A stretch of 64,000 nucleotides of DNA from positions 1 to 64,000 of IMG/VR virus record IMGVR_UViG_2927464213_000002, one strand, 5' to 3'. The stretch is from a virus (lineage: Duplodnaviria; Caudoviricetes). Both the position numbers and the translations under genes were made by a program. Numbering within the stretch: the first letter of the stretch is position 1; each line of letters starts with the position of its first letter. This document shows, one piece after another, positions 29,860-39,789 of this stretch. Below the pieces are notes generated by a model that did not search any database, was not told the origin of the DNA, and saw only the letters and a program-made list of their open reading frames with translations.

Positions 29860-30348
29860 TCACGCGGCATCGGTCGCGTCCCGGATGATCTCGACGATCG
29901 ATGTGTTGGCGACGAAGCCGAAATAGTCCTCGTCGTTGTCGACCGGCTCGACGTAGACGCGCTTGTCCACGTCGGTGTTGTCGACTTCGCCCACGGTGTA
30001 GATCCCGTCAGGCGCATCATCGTCGCCTTCGACGCGGACCCGATCTCCCGGCGTCACCGCCAACACCTTCGCGGCGTTGGGCTCGGCACAGGCCTTGTAG
30101 AGCCAGGCCTGCGGCAATTGCTCTCCGTCCAGGTACAGACCATCCTCGGTGAGGGTGGCTGCGCCGCCGGAGTGCTCCTCAACCGCGACCCGCACGTCGG
30201 CCAGCCGGACGATCTCATCGGAGTCGTCCGAGCCGGAGGTCAACAGTTCCTTGACCTTGTCGTAGTGCGTGTGGTCCGCCGCCAGGGTCCACGGACGGCC
30301 CCTGGCGATGAACGTGATTGAGGTGTCGGTGATGACGCTCGGGATCAT
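29860..30348 (-). CDS. rIIB-like N-terminal domain with a divergent (SH3-like) C-terminus
   Basis: Follows rIIA; IT..SITF...G...T...DH..Y. Confidence 0.55.
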   Translation of the reverse strand: MIPSVITDTSITFIARGRPWTLAADHTHYDKVKELLTSGSDDSDEIVRLADVRVAVEEHSGGAATLTEDGLYLDGEQLPQAWLYKACAEPNAAKVLAVTPGDRVRVEGDDDAPDGIYTVGEVDNTDVDKRVYVEPVDNDEDYFGFVANTSIVEIIRDATDAA

Positions 30349-30362
30349 TGGATCGCTCCGTC

Positions 30363-32588
30363 TCAGGCTGCTTCTGACAGCGGGTCGATCTCGTCCTCGA
30401 CCGGCTCGGCGTTCTGGTTGTTGTCGTTCAGCGCCAGCGCAGCCCTCGCGATGTCCGCCTGCCGCTGCAGGAGCTGCTGCTCTGCATGGAGGAGGTCACA
30501 GTAGTGCTTGAGCTGGCGCTGGGTTTGGGCAGCGTCCGTGCGGTTCGAGTACGAGTAGTACGGGTTCGGCTCGATGATCAGCTTGAGCAGCGCGTACTTC
30601 GAGCACAGCTCGCGGTAGCGCCGTTCCATCGCTGTGATCGGGCACTGCACCTCCGGCTTGTCGATCGCGATCCCCAGCCGGGACAGGGCGGAGTGCGCCT
30701 TGTCGGTCGGGGTATCGACGGTCGAGTTGCCCCGGAGAGCGGTGCCGAGCGCCGTCAGCTCGGTCTTGAACAGCAGCAGGTCGCCCGGCGCATTGGCGAA
30801 CGTCGCCGGCGTCATGCCGACGATGCCCCGCAGAGCCGAGTCGAGATCGTTGAAGGACTTCTGGTGCAGTCCGGTGAACGTCGAGACGTCGATCTTGGCT
30901 TGCAGATCAGGGATCAGGTCATCCCCGAACAGCGTCCAGTTGTCGCCGAGCGCAGCGTGATCCTCGCTCTGGATCAGGATCGTGGTGCCGACCTCGACCA
31001 GGCCCAGCTCGAAGGATGCCGAGATGACTTCCTTCATCACGCTGAGCGAGACGCTGCTCTGTTCGGTCGAGACCTTGACGTATTCGTTACCGCGGCGCCG
31101 GCTGTAGAGGCCGTTGCTGACGCGCTGCAGGTAGAAGCCGCCCTCGGCGAGGTCGACGTCTTCCTGCGACACGAGGACGCCACCACCCTCGGTGACCACC
31201 ATCACCCTGCGGCGACGGACGGTCTTGCCACGGGTCCGCTTGCTCGCCGGCACCTTGAAGGTGTCCAGCTCGACGACCTCGGGATTGCCGAGAGCATTGA
31301 GCACGTCCTCTCGGAACGCTCGCTTGCATCGGATCCAGAGCACCTTCTGGCCGACCAGCTGCGCCATCTGGAAGCGCGAGTAGGAGTAGCTGGGGTTGTG
31401 CTCGATGACGATCTTGGCGTCACGGCACCAGCTCATCCGAACCGTGGTGTCTTCGAACTTGTCGAAGTGAACCCAGCCGTCCGACAGCATGCCGGTCTTG
31501 GCGTTGATCTTCGGAACGGTCGCCGAGAGCGTCAGGCCGCGCCACTTCACGATCTCGCGCAGCTTGTCGGTCCGAGAGACGCCGAGCGACTCGGTTGCTT
31601 CCTCGAACAGCTCGACCGCGCCGATCAGGTCTTCAGCCGTGTCGACTGCCGTCTGACAGTTCCGGATGAAGTTCTGCTCGTACTCCTCGGTCAGGCGGGC
31701 CAAAGTCGACTTGGTGTTGTCGTCGTAGGCCAGCTCTTCGCGGGACAGAGTCACCTTCAGGGAGCCGATCGGCGCATCGAACAGGACGGCATCGCTGTAG
31801 TCGAGGAAGCCCGTCGTCTTGATCTGCCGCATGTCGAACGGGTACATCACGCAGCCCATGCGGACGTGCGGACCGCTGAACGGCACCGTCCCGCTCTTGT
31901 AACGGGTGTAGTTGTCGCCCTGGCTGATGACGACCGGCTCCTTCCAGTCGATCGCCGGGGTGATCTTCGGCCGCGGCGTGAAGGACCAGAGGATGGTGCG
32001 AGCCCGATCGTGGAACTCGCGGATGTCCTCACGGCGAACCGGGAAGGACACTTCGAGGCCGGTCGGCTCGTCGGACGGTGCCTCGATCAGCAGACGCATG
32101 GTCGGCGCACCGCTCTGCGAGAGCGAGAGCACATAGGTCCGCATCATGCCGCCGTGGTAGGACGTCACGGTGTAGGAGCCGGAGCCCGAGTCCGAGATCA
32201 GGTAGGCATAGGGGCTCTTCGAGCCGAGACCCCAGCCGCCGACCTGGTCGTTGCTGCCGCGCTTGGTCGAAGCGTAGAGGCGGGCGTAGACGTTCTTCAT
32301 GTCCTCGGGCGACATCCCGGGGCCGAAGTCACGGAACGAGATCGTCGGCGAGAGCGGCGTCGGCAGCCGGATCTGCGGGATCTTGTCCTCCGGGATGTCG
32401 TCGCCGTACTTCAGGCGCGAGCCGTCCCACATGTTCGTCGTCAGCTCGCGGATCGGGTAGCCGATCTTGTCCTTCGCCAGACCGGAGATCTGAGCGTAGA
32501 ACGCCACCGCGTTGGCTTCGAACGAGATAGCGACTTCATCCTGCACTCCAGAGGCGACGTCCACATGCTCTTGCAATCCGAGTTTCAT
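30363..32588 (-). CDS. rIIA-like protein (GHKL ATPase N-terminus)
   Basis: IREL.TN.WD, RDFGPGMS, YASTK..SN...GGWGLGSKSPYAY, MG.V.YP, SREELAYD. Confidence 0.85.
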   Translation of the reverse strand: MKLGLQEHVDVASGVQDEVAISFEANAVAFYAQISGLAKDKIGYPIRELTTNMWDGSRLKYGDDIPEDKIPQIRLPTPLSPTISFRDFGPGMSPEDMKNVYARLYASTKRGSNDQVGGWGLGSKSPYAYLISDSGSGSYTVTSYHGGMMRTYVLSLSQSGAPTMRLLIEAPSDEPTGLEVSFPVRREDIREFHDRARTILWSFTPRPKITPAIDWKEPVVISQGDNYTRYKSGTVPFSGPHVRMGCVMYPFDMRQIKTTGFLDYSDAVLFDAPIGSLKVTLSREELAYDDNTKSTLARLTEEYEQNFIRNCQTAVDTAEDLIGAVELFEEATESLGVSRTDKLREIVKWRGLTLSATVPKINAKTGMLSDGWVHFDKFEDTTVRMSWCRDAKIVIEHNPSYSYSRFQMAQLVGQKVLWIRCKRAFREDVLNALGNPEVVELDTFKVPASKRTRGKTVRRRRVMVVTEGGGVLVSQEDVDLAEGGFYLQRVSNGLYSRRRGNEYVKVSTEQSSVSLSVMKEVISASFELGLVEVGTTILIQSEDHAALGDNWTLFGDDLIPDLQAKIDVSTFTGLHQKSFNDLDSALRGIVGMTPATFANAPGDLLLFKTELTALGTALRGNSTVDTPTDKAHSALSRLGIAIDKPEVQCPITAMERRYRELCSKYALLKLIIEPNPYYSYSNRTDAAQTQRQLKHYCDLLHAEQQLLQRQADIARAALALNDNNQNAEPVEDEIDPLSEAA

Positions 32589-32627
32589 TGTTCAGTGTCC
32601 TTTGTTTCGTGATGTCGTTGGTGGCGA

Positions 32628-33644
32628 TCAGGCGCTGAGCAGGCCTTCGTCGTCGAAGAGATCGAGGAACGAGGACTGGCGGTGAGGCCGGTTGATGAGG
32701 TAGATGGCGTCATCCAGCTCTTCGGAGCTGACGTTGCTGTCAGCCAGGTACCGAGCGACCTGCCGCGGGTACTTGAAGACCAGATCCTCGAGTTCACGCT
32801 GGCGCAGCTGCTTCAGCATCCGCATGGTTCGCGCGGTCCTGCTGTCGCCGAAGCTGCTGCCAGCCGACGAGCCCGACCAGGTTGAGCGCTTCACCTCCGG
32901 CTCCGTGGCCTTCGGATTGCGCTCGATGACGAACTTCGAGGCGTCGATCTTGACCATGTGATCGCGCAGCTCGAACAGGTGCTGGACGCACTGCGTCTCG
33001 CGATCAGTGTGCTCGTTCTCGTACCCGACCGAGACATTCGAGCACTCCGGCACGATGCCCATGTAGATCTTGGTGTCGGTCAGGATGCCGGTCGGGTCGT
33101 TCTTGAACCGGCTCGGCAGCTGAGCAGCCAGCGAGTCGCCGAATGCATCCGACGCCGTCCGTCCCCGCTGGTGGGTGATGACGGACGTGAAGCCGCGTCG
33201 ATCGAAGGCGATGGCGGCCTGGATGCCGGCCAGGAACTCCGGCGTCTCGTTGGCGATGCCACCCGAGCCCTTGCAGCCAACCTCTTCCCCGAAGTGGAAG
33301 ACGTACAGACCTGGCACCTTGGCCTCGATCATCTTGATCATGATGAAGTTGCCGGCCGCGTCGTCAGCTCCGAGGCAGTTCGACTTGGACTTCTTCGGCA
33401 GGTGGATCTTGGTGCCGGTCATCTCGATCTGCTGGAAGCCCTCATCCCGGTGGACGCTGTCCGTGTGGGAGGACCAGAGGATCATCGGCTTCTCCTCGCC
33501 GACGATCATGAACCGGTTGCCGAACTTGTCGGTCTGCACCCCGAGCGGGGTGATGAACCGATCGATGTAGGCAAGCTCGGTCTTCGAGCCGTAGGGACGA
33601 CGATGCGAGAGCATCGCCTTGAGCATCTCAAGGTCGTTGGACAT
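32628..33644 (-). CDS. M28-family Zn peptidase
   Basis: SHTDSVH, LGADDAAG, GEEVGC.GS, AFDRRG, NVSVGY.NEHT. Confidence 0.85.
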   Translation of the reverse strand: MSNDLEMLKAMLSHRRPYGSKTELAYIDRFITPLGVQTDKFGNRFMIVGEEKPMILWSSHTDSVHRDEGFQQIEMTGTKIHLPKKSKSNCLGADDAAGNFIMIKMIEAKVPGLYVFHFGEEVGCKGSGGIANETPEFLAGIQAAIAFDRRGFTSVITHQRGRTASDAFGDSLAAQLPSRFKNDPTGILTDTKIYMGIVPECSNVSVGYENEHTDRETQCVQHLFELRDHMVKIDASKFVIERNPKATEPEVKRSTWSGSSAGSSFGDSRTARTMRMLKQLRQRELEDLVFKYPRQVARYLADSNVSSEELDDAIYLINRPHRQSSFLDLFDDEGLLSA

Positions 33645-33660
33645 TTCAGTTCCTGTCGGG

Positions 33661-35256
33661 TTAGCGGGTTGGATCGTAGTCGTACCGAGCGGCCGGCTCA
33701 GGGAGGCCCCGGAGCATCTGGTCGCGCAGTTGTCGGTCGATGAGATCACCCATGTAGCGGGTCATCTCTTCTTGCTGGCGCGGATCGAGCTGAGCGAACG
33801 GATCGTCGATGATCACCTGGTCAGCCTGCCGACCGGTGACGCGAGTTTCGACCGTGTTGGTGACGGCGTTGTACTCGCGCTCAAAGCGGCTCTTGCTCAG
33901 GTACCGCATGTCGCGGCGCCAGGGCTTCTCACCGATGAGATCGCCGATGGTGACGTTGCTCCAGCGATCGGCTTCGATCTCCCGGACCTTCTTGGCCGGC
34001 AGCTCTTTGCCGTCGTCATCGAAGCGCCACGCCACGCTGTTGTGGACACGGCGGTCGCCCTTCTGAACCATCTCGGTCTTGGGATAGTTCTTCTTGGTGA
34101 CGGCGCAGTGCTCGCCGTGTTCGGCGAAGTGGTCGTGACCCCAGTAGATGCCTGGCGTGGCCATCGTGACCCGGAACTCATTGGAGTAGAGTTTGCCGGA
34201 GCCCGAGCAGGTGAAGGCGTGAGAGTCGTACGCCTGCTTGGACCATTCCAGGTTGACACCGTGGACCAACTTAAAGCTGTGCGCCGGCTGCCCGGTGCGC
34301 ATCTTCGGGCAGTACTGGTAGAGCATCGATCGCCCCGAACTGCCGCCACAGCTGATGTACTTCGTGCCGAGCGGAAGGTTCGCCAGAATGCCGTCGTAGG
34401 TCTCGAAGTGATCGCCCTTCAGGATGACCATCTCGATGTCGTCGAAGTACGGCATGACGTACTCCCACATTCGCTCCGGGTGCTCGATCTTCAGGAGCTT
34501 CGCACCAGGTGGGAACTTGCCTTCGTCAGCGCGCAGATAGTTGTAACCCTCCGCCTTCATCGCAGCGATCATGCGCTCGATGTCGCCGTAGCAGCGGCCG
34601 AAGATCTTCTTCTCGGGCCAGCACAGGCAGCGAGACTGGATGCGGCCATCGGCGTTCTTGGTGTAGGCCACAGCCAGGTCGCCGGCCCCGTAGGGCTCGG
34701 TCGGCCAGTGCGGCTCCATCCCGGCGAAGGTGTGCTTCGCGTCCATGCACGAGCCGGGGCCCGTCTTGTAGACGTGGACGATTTCCTCCGGGCTGAACGC
34801 GAAGAAGATCTCGCCGTTCGGGTCGATCGCAGCGATCAGCTTGCGACGGTGTGCATCCGGGATCTTGCCATCAGCCTCGTAGAACCGGGTGATGTACCGG
34901 CCCGGATTGAGCGAGGTCGTGCGGTCGATCGTGCCGTGCTCGTCGCTCTCGGTGAAGGCGATCTTGGTGGCGTCGCGCGGGCAGATGTGCGCGAAGTGAT
35001 CCTTGATCGGTTCAAGGTCCCACGCCGCAGGCAGCGCCTTCAGTGCGCCGGTCGCGAGCCGTTCCTGCTGTCGGCCGCGCCAGTCCGGCGCCTGCGCCAT
35101 GCGGCGAGGCTGCACCTTGTAGCCGCGCTGCTCGGTGAGGGTCTTGGCGAATTTCGCCGCTTCGCTGCCCTTGTCGTAAGGGCCGAAGTCCGGGATCGGC
35201 ACATCTTGCATGCCACCGTTCCCGTCCGGTTCGAGCCGGACTAGGTAGAACGACAT
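33661..35256 (-). CDS. large phage hypothetical protein
   Basis: PGRY, GPGSCM, RCL.W, RCYG, MPYFD; GGAGG RBS after a dyad motif. Confidence 0.75.
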   Translation of the reverse strand: MSFYLVRLEPDGNGGMQDVPIPDFGPYDKGSEAAKFAKTLTEQRGYKVQPRRMAQAPDWRGRQQERLATGALKALPAAWDLEPIKDHFAHICPRDATKIAFTESDEHGTIDRTTSLNPGRYITRFYEADGKIPDAHRRKLIAAIDPNGEIFFAFSPEEIVHVYKTGPGSCMDAKHTFAGMEPHWPTEPYGAGDLAVAYTKNADGRIQSRCLCWPEKKIFGRCYGDIERMIAAMKAEGYNYLRADEGKFPPGAKLLKIEHPERMWEYVMPYFDDIEMVILKGDHFETYDGILANLPLGTKYISCGGSSGRSMLYQYCPKMRTGQPAHSFKLVHGVNLEWSKQAYDSHAFTCSGSGKLYSNEFRVTMATPGIYWGHDHFAEHGEHCAVTKKNYPKTEMVQKGDRRVHNSVAWRFDDDGKELPAKKVREIEADRWSNVTIGDLIGEKPWRRDMRYLSKSRFEREYNAVTNTVETRVTGRQADQVIIDDPFAQLDPRQQEEMTRYMGDLIDRQLRDQMLRGLPEPAARYDYDPTR

Positions 35257-35867
35257 TGAAGTCCTCCATTTGCTCTGATTTGCATTCAAGCTAACGTGCA
35301 GGCGCACGTATCCCGTTGGTGGTGCAGGGAAACCCTTTGAAATAGGAGGATCGCCCGGCTGCCGTTCTTGCGTCAGTATTTGCATTCATGCGCATGAAAG
35401 CGCAAGAGTTATTTACAAACAACCGCCTTCTAACGCGGTCTATCTCGCGGATTGTAGAAGCGGACCCGCCGCACGGGGCCGGACTTCGGCTTTTTGACCA
35501 TTGCTCCAACTCATTGGTGGTGAAAATCGAGGTGGAAGCTGAGGGCTGGTCTGTCCCTTGCGTTGTAGTACCGGATCTTTCGCATTCTCACGGCTCCGTC
35601 TCATGGAGTGGGTGGTAGTACGAGAAGATGCAGGGTCGGTCTGTCCCGAGAGTTGAACAGGCGGAACCTCCTGATGGTCCCGCAGAAGTTTAGTGTGAGC
35701 ATTCATGCTCCTCATTTTTGTTTGACGCGCTCTCGGTGTGAGTCGTCTGTTCGTCAAGTTCCCTGCCTACAGTGATGCTAGTCGTAGAGTGACGCCGAAG
35801 CCCAACCGAGCACTTCGAACGTCGGCGGTTGATGGGGACCTCATCAAGCATCCCCAGTTAGACCCGA

Positions 35868-36059
35868 TCAGGTTTCCTCGACGACGTAGTCGATGAGGAA
35901 TGACTCGAGTCCATCCTTGTGCGCCGCGTCACATGCCTCATGGATGCTGAGGTATGCGCCGTGCCAGCGTTTTCCTGGCCACTTGGCGCGAAGCGTGTTG
36001 CCGTTCAGCCTGGCGTACAGCACAGGCTTGCCGGCTTGTTCGTCAGAGACCTCGGACAC
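35868..36059 (-). CDS. hypothetical protein (start uncertain)
   Basis: Short ORF in the operon. Confidence 0.45.
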   Translation of the reverse strand: MSEVSDEQAGKPVLYARLNGNTLRAKWPGKRWHGAYLSIHEACDAAHKDGLESFLIDYVVEET

Positions 36060-36228
36060 GATCGATCCCCTCGAACGCGCGGACCTGCTCGCGGATGCCG
36101 GCGATTGTGATCGCGGCTTCCACACGGTCTTCTTCGATCATCGCCAGCGTTGCGTCGCGGCGCCGACGCTCCAGGTCAGCCCACGATCCACGGTAGGGCG
36201 TGATCGGTCCCTTGGTTGAAAGTCCCAT
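36043..36228 (-). CDS. hypothetical protein
   Basis: GGAG RBS. Confidence 0.5.
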   Translation of the reverse strand: MGLSTKGPITPYRGSWADLERRRRDATLAMIEEDRVEAAITIAGIREQVRAFEGIDRVRGL

Positions 36229-36229
36229 G

Positions 36230-36961
36230 TTATTCGTCTCTCCAGTCGATGGTGAAGGTCCCCTCGGGACCTGGTATGAGCGCAGCGTCGAAGAACTCGA
36301 TCGCCTTGCGGATTGCGGTCATGTTCGGCTTGCTGCCGCGCTGGGCTCGGAGCGCGGCGCAGCTAGTGAAGTAGAGCCCTGTGCCCAGCTCGGCATCGAG
36401 GGCCCGCACCGAGAAGCCATCCTCCCGGGCTCGCTTGCGGATAGCGTCCGCCAACGGCTCACCGAGGATCTTCAGCGGCTGCTCCTTGTTGTTGAACAGT
36501 GCGACGCCCAGCTCCTGGGCGCGCTTGGTGATGTCCCACTTCGTGCGGTGCGGCAGGATGTGGGTGATGCCGGTGGCGCCCTTGGTCGGAGCGTGCCGCC
36601 TGATCTCTTCGTCTTCGCCATGTGTGAACGGCGGCCGGCGATAGGTGAAACCGGTGGAGCCACGCTTGCCCGAGATCGAGTTGCGAGACCGACCGGGCAG
36701 CAAGCCCTGCAGGTCATGCAGTCTCAGATGCCGATTGCGCTTGATGATGTCGATCTCGGCGTTGGTGTACTGCTTGCCGCACCTGACGAAGAAGCCGTCA
36801 TCGGACCTCTCGGCACCAGAATTTCTCTTGGCAGGATGGGCACTCGATGACCTCGCTGGACCGATCTCCTTCTTCGTGGAAGTCGTAGTCGCAATATGGG
36901 CAATCGAAATGGGTTCTGATGTAGCCAAGGACGTGTTCAGAGCAGCTCTCACGGGGATCAC
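36230..36961 (-). CDS. putative DNA-binding protein (two Myb-like HTH repeats plus an XRE-like HTH)
   Basis: YT..E...I...LPGRS..SI..K and FT..ED..IR...LP.RT...I..RA..LG. Confidence 0.6.
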   Translation of the reverse strand: MIPVRAALNTSLATSEPISIAHIATTTSTKKEIGPARSSSAHPAKRNSGAERSDDGFFVRCGKQYTNAEIDIIKRNRHLRLHDLQGLLPGRSRNSISGKRGSTGFTYRRPPFTHGEDEEIRRHAPTKGATGITHILPHRTKWDITKRAQELGVALFNNKEQPLKILGEPLADAIRKRAREDGFSVRALDAELGTGLYFTSCAALRAQRGSKPNMTAIRKAIEFFDAALIPGPEGTFTIDWRDE

Positions 36962-37112
36962 TCATGTGCGGGCAAATCGCTTGTTGATGTCGACGAAGCG
37001 CCGCTCTTGCCGGCGCTGCCGTCCTCGGTCTGATTTCGAGAACGGCTCGTAGTGGCGTTTCCAGGTGCTCGTTTCGAGCGGGAAGCGGAACGCGGCACCG
37101 ATGGCGCGCTGG

Positions 37113-37409
37113 TCAGGTTTTCCCTTGCAGCACGGGTGACGCATTCGGCGATACTGTTGAAGCATTGGAGCGCTCCTTCTGCAGTCGGCAGGCGAGATAG
37201 GGACCGTTGCTGCCGGCCATCTCGCGCAGCTCCAGCGGTTTCGGGCAGCCGATCTCCCAGTTGCCGCACTGTTCGCAGGTCCCACCGCGACCGCAGCTGT
37301 AGATGCCGGTCACCTGGGTGCAGACTTGGCGCGGAAGGGGGAGGCTGCTGTTGCCCTCGTCGCAACCGGCGAGCAGCAACGCGGCGATGAGGATGACGGC
37401 TCGCTTCAT
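37113..37409 (-). CDS. small Cys-rich lipoprotein
   Basis: MKRAVILIAALLLAGC lipobox. Confidence 0.65.
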   Translation of the reverse strand: MKRAVILIAALLLAGCDEGNSSLPLPRQVCTQVTGIYSCGRGGTCEQCGNWEIGCPKPLELREMAGSNGPYLACRLQKERSNASTVSPNASPVLQGKT

Positions 37410-37783
37410 GCTGCGAACCTTGTCTCGTGACGATAGCGCTGCGGCTTCGGCGCCTCGTACCAGAAGGCGATGCGCGGCGGCTCTTCGTAGACCGCTATGA
37501 CGGTCGGCGAACGGCCCATGCGCTTCGTGTACCAGCTGGCGGATTTGCGCAGCGTCTTGCCGCTCTCGCGAGCGGTGTCGATCAGCAGCAGCTCGAACTT
37601 GTCCGGCACGTTGGCGCCGAACGGGATGAAGGGGATGCCAAGGATGTGGGAGGCGTAGACCGCGGCGACAGCGCCCGATCGGCCGGGGCCGGTGACGCAT
37701 CCGACGTGCTCAACCCGCTGGTTGAAGAGGACGGTTCTGATGCGCTGAGCAAACTCAGCTTCGGAGACGATGCGGATGGTCAT
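37406..37783 (-). CDS. minimal phosphoribosyltransferase-like protein
   Basis: VTGPGRSG..AA..AS..LGIP; LLLIDTARESGKTL (PRPP-loop variant). Confidence 0.65.
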   Translation of the reverse strand: MTIRIVSEAEFAQRIRTVLFNQRVEHVGCVTGPGRSGAVAAVYASHILGIPFIPFGANVPDKFELLLIDTARESGKTLRKSASWYTKRMGRSPTVIAVYEEPPRIAFWYEAPKPQRYRHETRFAA

Positions 37784-38052
37784 GCCACGGCTTTCTTGTT
37801 GATGGTGTCGATGATGCAGCGGTGTTCCAGGGGATTGTGATCAGCCAGGAACTGCAGCGCTTTCTGGTGGTACTCACTGCCGGCGTTGGCGTAGTCGACG
37901 ACGAGGCGCCACGCTTCCAGGTCATCCCGGAGGCGGTCGCACTCATCGAGCTTCTGCAATTGCCAAGGACCGTTCTCGCTGCCGTCGCAGTCGAAGATGC
38001 CCCAGCCCTGGTCGAAGGCGATGTTGTTGTCGAAGGAAACTCTGTCCGGCAT
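37780..38052 (-). CDS. hypothetical protein
   Basis: GGAG RBS; GWGIF.C.G...QLQK.D. Confidence 0.65.
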   Translation of the reverse strand: MPDRVSFDNNIAFDQGWGIFDCDGSENGPWQLQKLDECDRLRDDLEAWRLVVDYANAGSEYHQKALQFLADHNPLEHRCIIDTINKKAVA

Positions 38053-38109
38053 GTCGATCTCCAAAGGGAAGGGTGCCCGCCCTCCGAAGAGGACGGGCAG
38101 TTGTTGGGA

Positions 38110-39168
38110 TCAGCGGATGTTCTTGTTCAGCGCCCAGTACGGGTTGGTCCCGTCCTGCGGCTTGACGAACAGCGTCTGGTAGGCGTGATCGCGGGTCTTG
38201 ATGACCTCGACCTGGCGGGTGCCGAAGCGCTGGCGATAGGCCGACACGGTCTGTCCCGGGGCGATCAGGCGCCCGTTCACCCACTTCGCATCCGGATGCG
38301 GCGGAGCAGCCTCGACGACCGCGGCGACAACCTCGTCGCCGGCATCGTCGCCACCCTCGTCGTGCTCCTCTTCCTCGTTGAAGTCCGAACCGTCGCCCTC
38401 GACGACGGTCGACTCGACGACGGCGCTGGCCGAGACGCGCGGCGGGATGACGATCGGGAAGATGCCGAACAGATCTTGGTGGTGGTAGTCGCGCTTGGCT
38501 GCCGCCTCGCTGTCGTAGACCGTCTCGTCGGCGGTGATGACGCGCTCATCGTCGATGAACAGGCGAACGAACTTGGTCTGCGGTTCGGTCGAGATGTTCT
38601 CGAACACCCAGTCGCCGCGGATGTCGTCACCGTCCAGGTCGAACTGGAGGACGACGCGCTCACCCTCGTTGTCGTGGTAGCCGGCGATCACCACCGGATG
38701 GGTGGCATCGGCCAGCACCGAGAGGATCACGACCTCCGTGAGGAAGTCCTGGCTGTCGTCGGTCCGGTAGATCTCGAACGGCTTGTTGAAGTCGACCTTG
38801 CCGACCGGATATTTCGGCGGCGAGGGCGGTGCTTCCGGCGCCGGCAGCGCTTCGACCACCGGCTCTTCGGCCGTGATGGTGGCGAACACTTCCTGGGTCG
38901 AGACGCCGGCAGCGAAGACTTCCGAGGTCTCGGCGACCGGCTGCGAACCGATAGCGGCGGCGAGCAGGGCGCCGTTGTCGATCTCGCTGGTCAGGCCCGA
39001 GGCTTCCGTGCCTGCAGCCTGGTCAGCCTGCATGTCGGCGCGGTTGAGGTAGCCGGACATGCTGACGACGGACGCCGTCTCGGTCGGAGCGGGCAACAGG
39101 TTGGTCGGCTGCTGCTCATTCGCGAGGACGAGACCGTAGGTGGACGTTTGGCCCATGGTGGGGTCCAT
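38110..39168 (-). CDS. acidic hypothetical protein
   Basis: 352-aa ORF with AAGGAG RBS. Confidence 0.75.
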   Translation of the reverse strand: MDPTMGQTSTYGLVLANEQQPTNLLPAPTETASVVSMSGYLNRADMQADQAAGTEASGLTSEIDNGALLAAAIGSQPVAETSEVFAAGVSTQEVFATITAEEPVVEALPAPEAPPSPPKYPVGKVDFNKPFEIYRTDDSQDFLTEVVILSVLADATHPVVIAGYHDNEGERVVLQFDLDGDDIRGDWVFENISTEPQTKFVRLFIDDERVITADETVYDSEAAAKRDYHHQDLFGIFPIVIPPRVSASAVVESTVVEGDGSDFNEEEEHDEGGDDAGDEVVAAVVEAAPPHPDAKWVNGRLIAPGQTVSAYRQRFGTRQVEVIKTRDHAYQTLFVKPQDGTNPYWALNKNIR

Positions 39169-39336
39169 TTGCAGTTCTCCTTTGGTGGTTGCGGCCGACT
39201 GGTTGAGGTCACCCCGTCAGTGACGGCGGCCCGCGCTTGGATTGACGGGGTGTTTCGCTGCGCGCCTATAGACCACCGTTTGCATTCATTGCAAGTGCAA
39301 ATTTGCATTTAAGCAAACGTTCAGGTATAGGGAGGC

Positions 39337-39789
39337 ATGCAGAAAACTGAATTGGTCTATGGGTTACCTTGGCTCCAGACGAAGCCGGAACGCGCAATAT
39401 TCGATGAACTTCAGTTCGCCTGCGTCTATGCAGCCGGCCCCCTCGGGGGTCGGCCGCTACGGCTCGGTGCCTCGACCAACCTCAAGAAGCGGATCGAGTG
39501 CCTGCAGCCCGGTAGCTGGGAGCCGCTGAAGATCCATCATGCGATCTGGACCACGAACGAGGCGTTCGCCGTCAGGATCTTCAACGATGCCGCTGCCATG
39601 TTCGACAAGGCAAACCGCCGCCTGGTCGGTGACTGGTTCGACGTGACGCCGGAGTTCGCCGTCCAGGCATTCCGGCTCGCGGCCGAGAAGGCCAACATCG
39701 GCTTCATCTCGCATGACGTCATGCTGGACAAAGTCAGAGCCATCCGGGAGAAGCGCCTGAACAACGGCATCGTGGTCCGCAAGCGCTAG
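39337..39789 (+). CDS. GIY-YIG/T5orf172-like protein (degenerate)
   Basis: VY..G...LRLG.S.N.KKR...LQ.G....L; RL.GDWF; GGGAGG RBS. Confidence 0.65.
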   Translation: MQKTELVYGLPWLQTKPERAIFDELQFACVYAAGPLGGRPLRLGASTNLKKRIECLQPGSWEPLKIHHAIWTTNEAFAVRIFNDAAAMFDKANRRLVGDWFDVTPEFAVQAFRLAAEKANIGFISHDVMLDKVRAIREKRLNNGIVVRKR

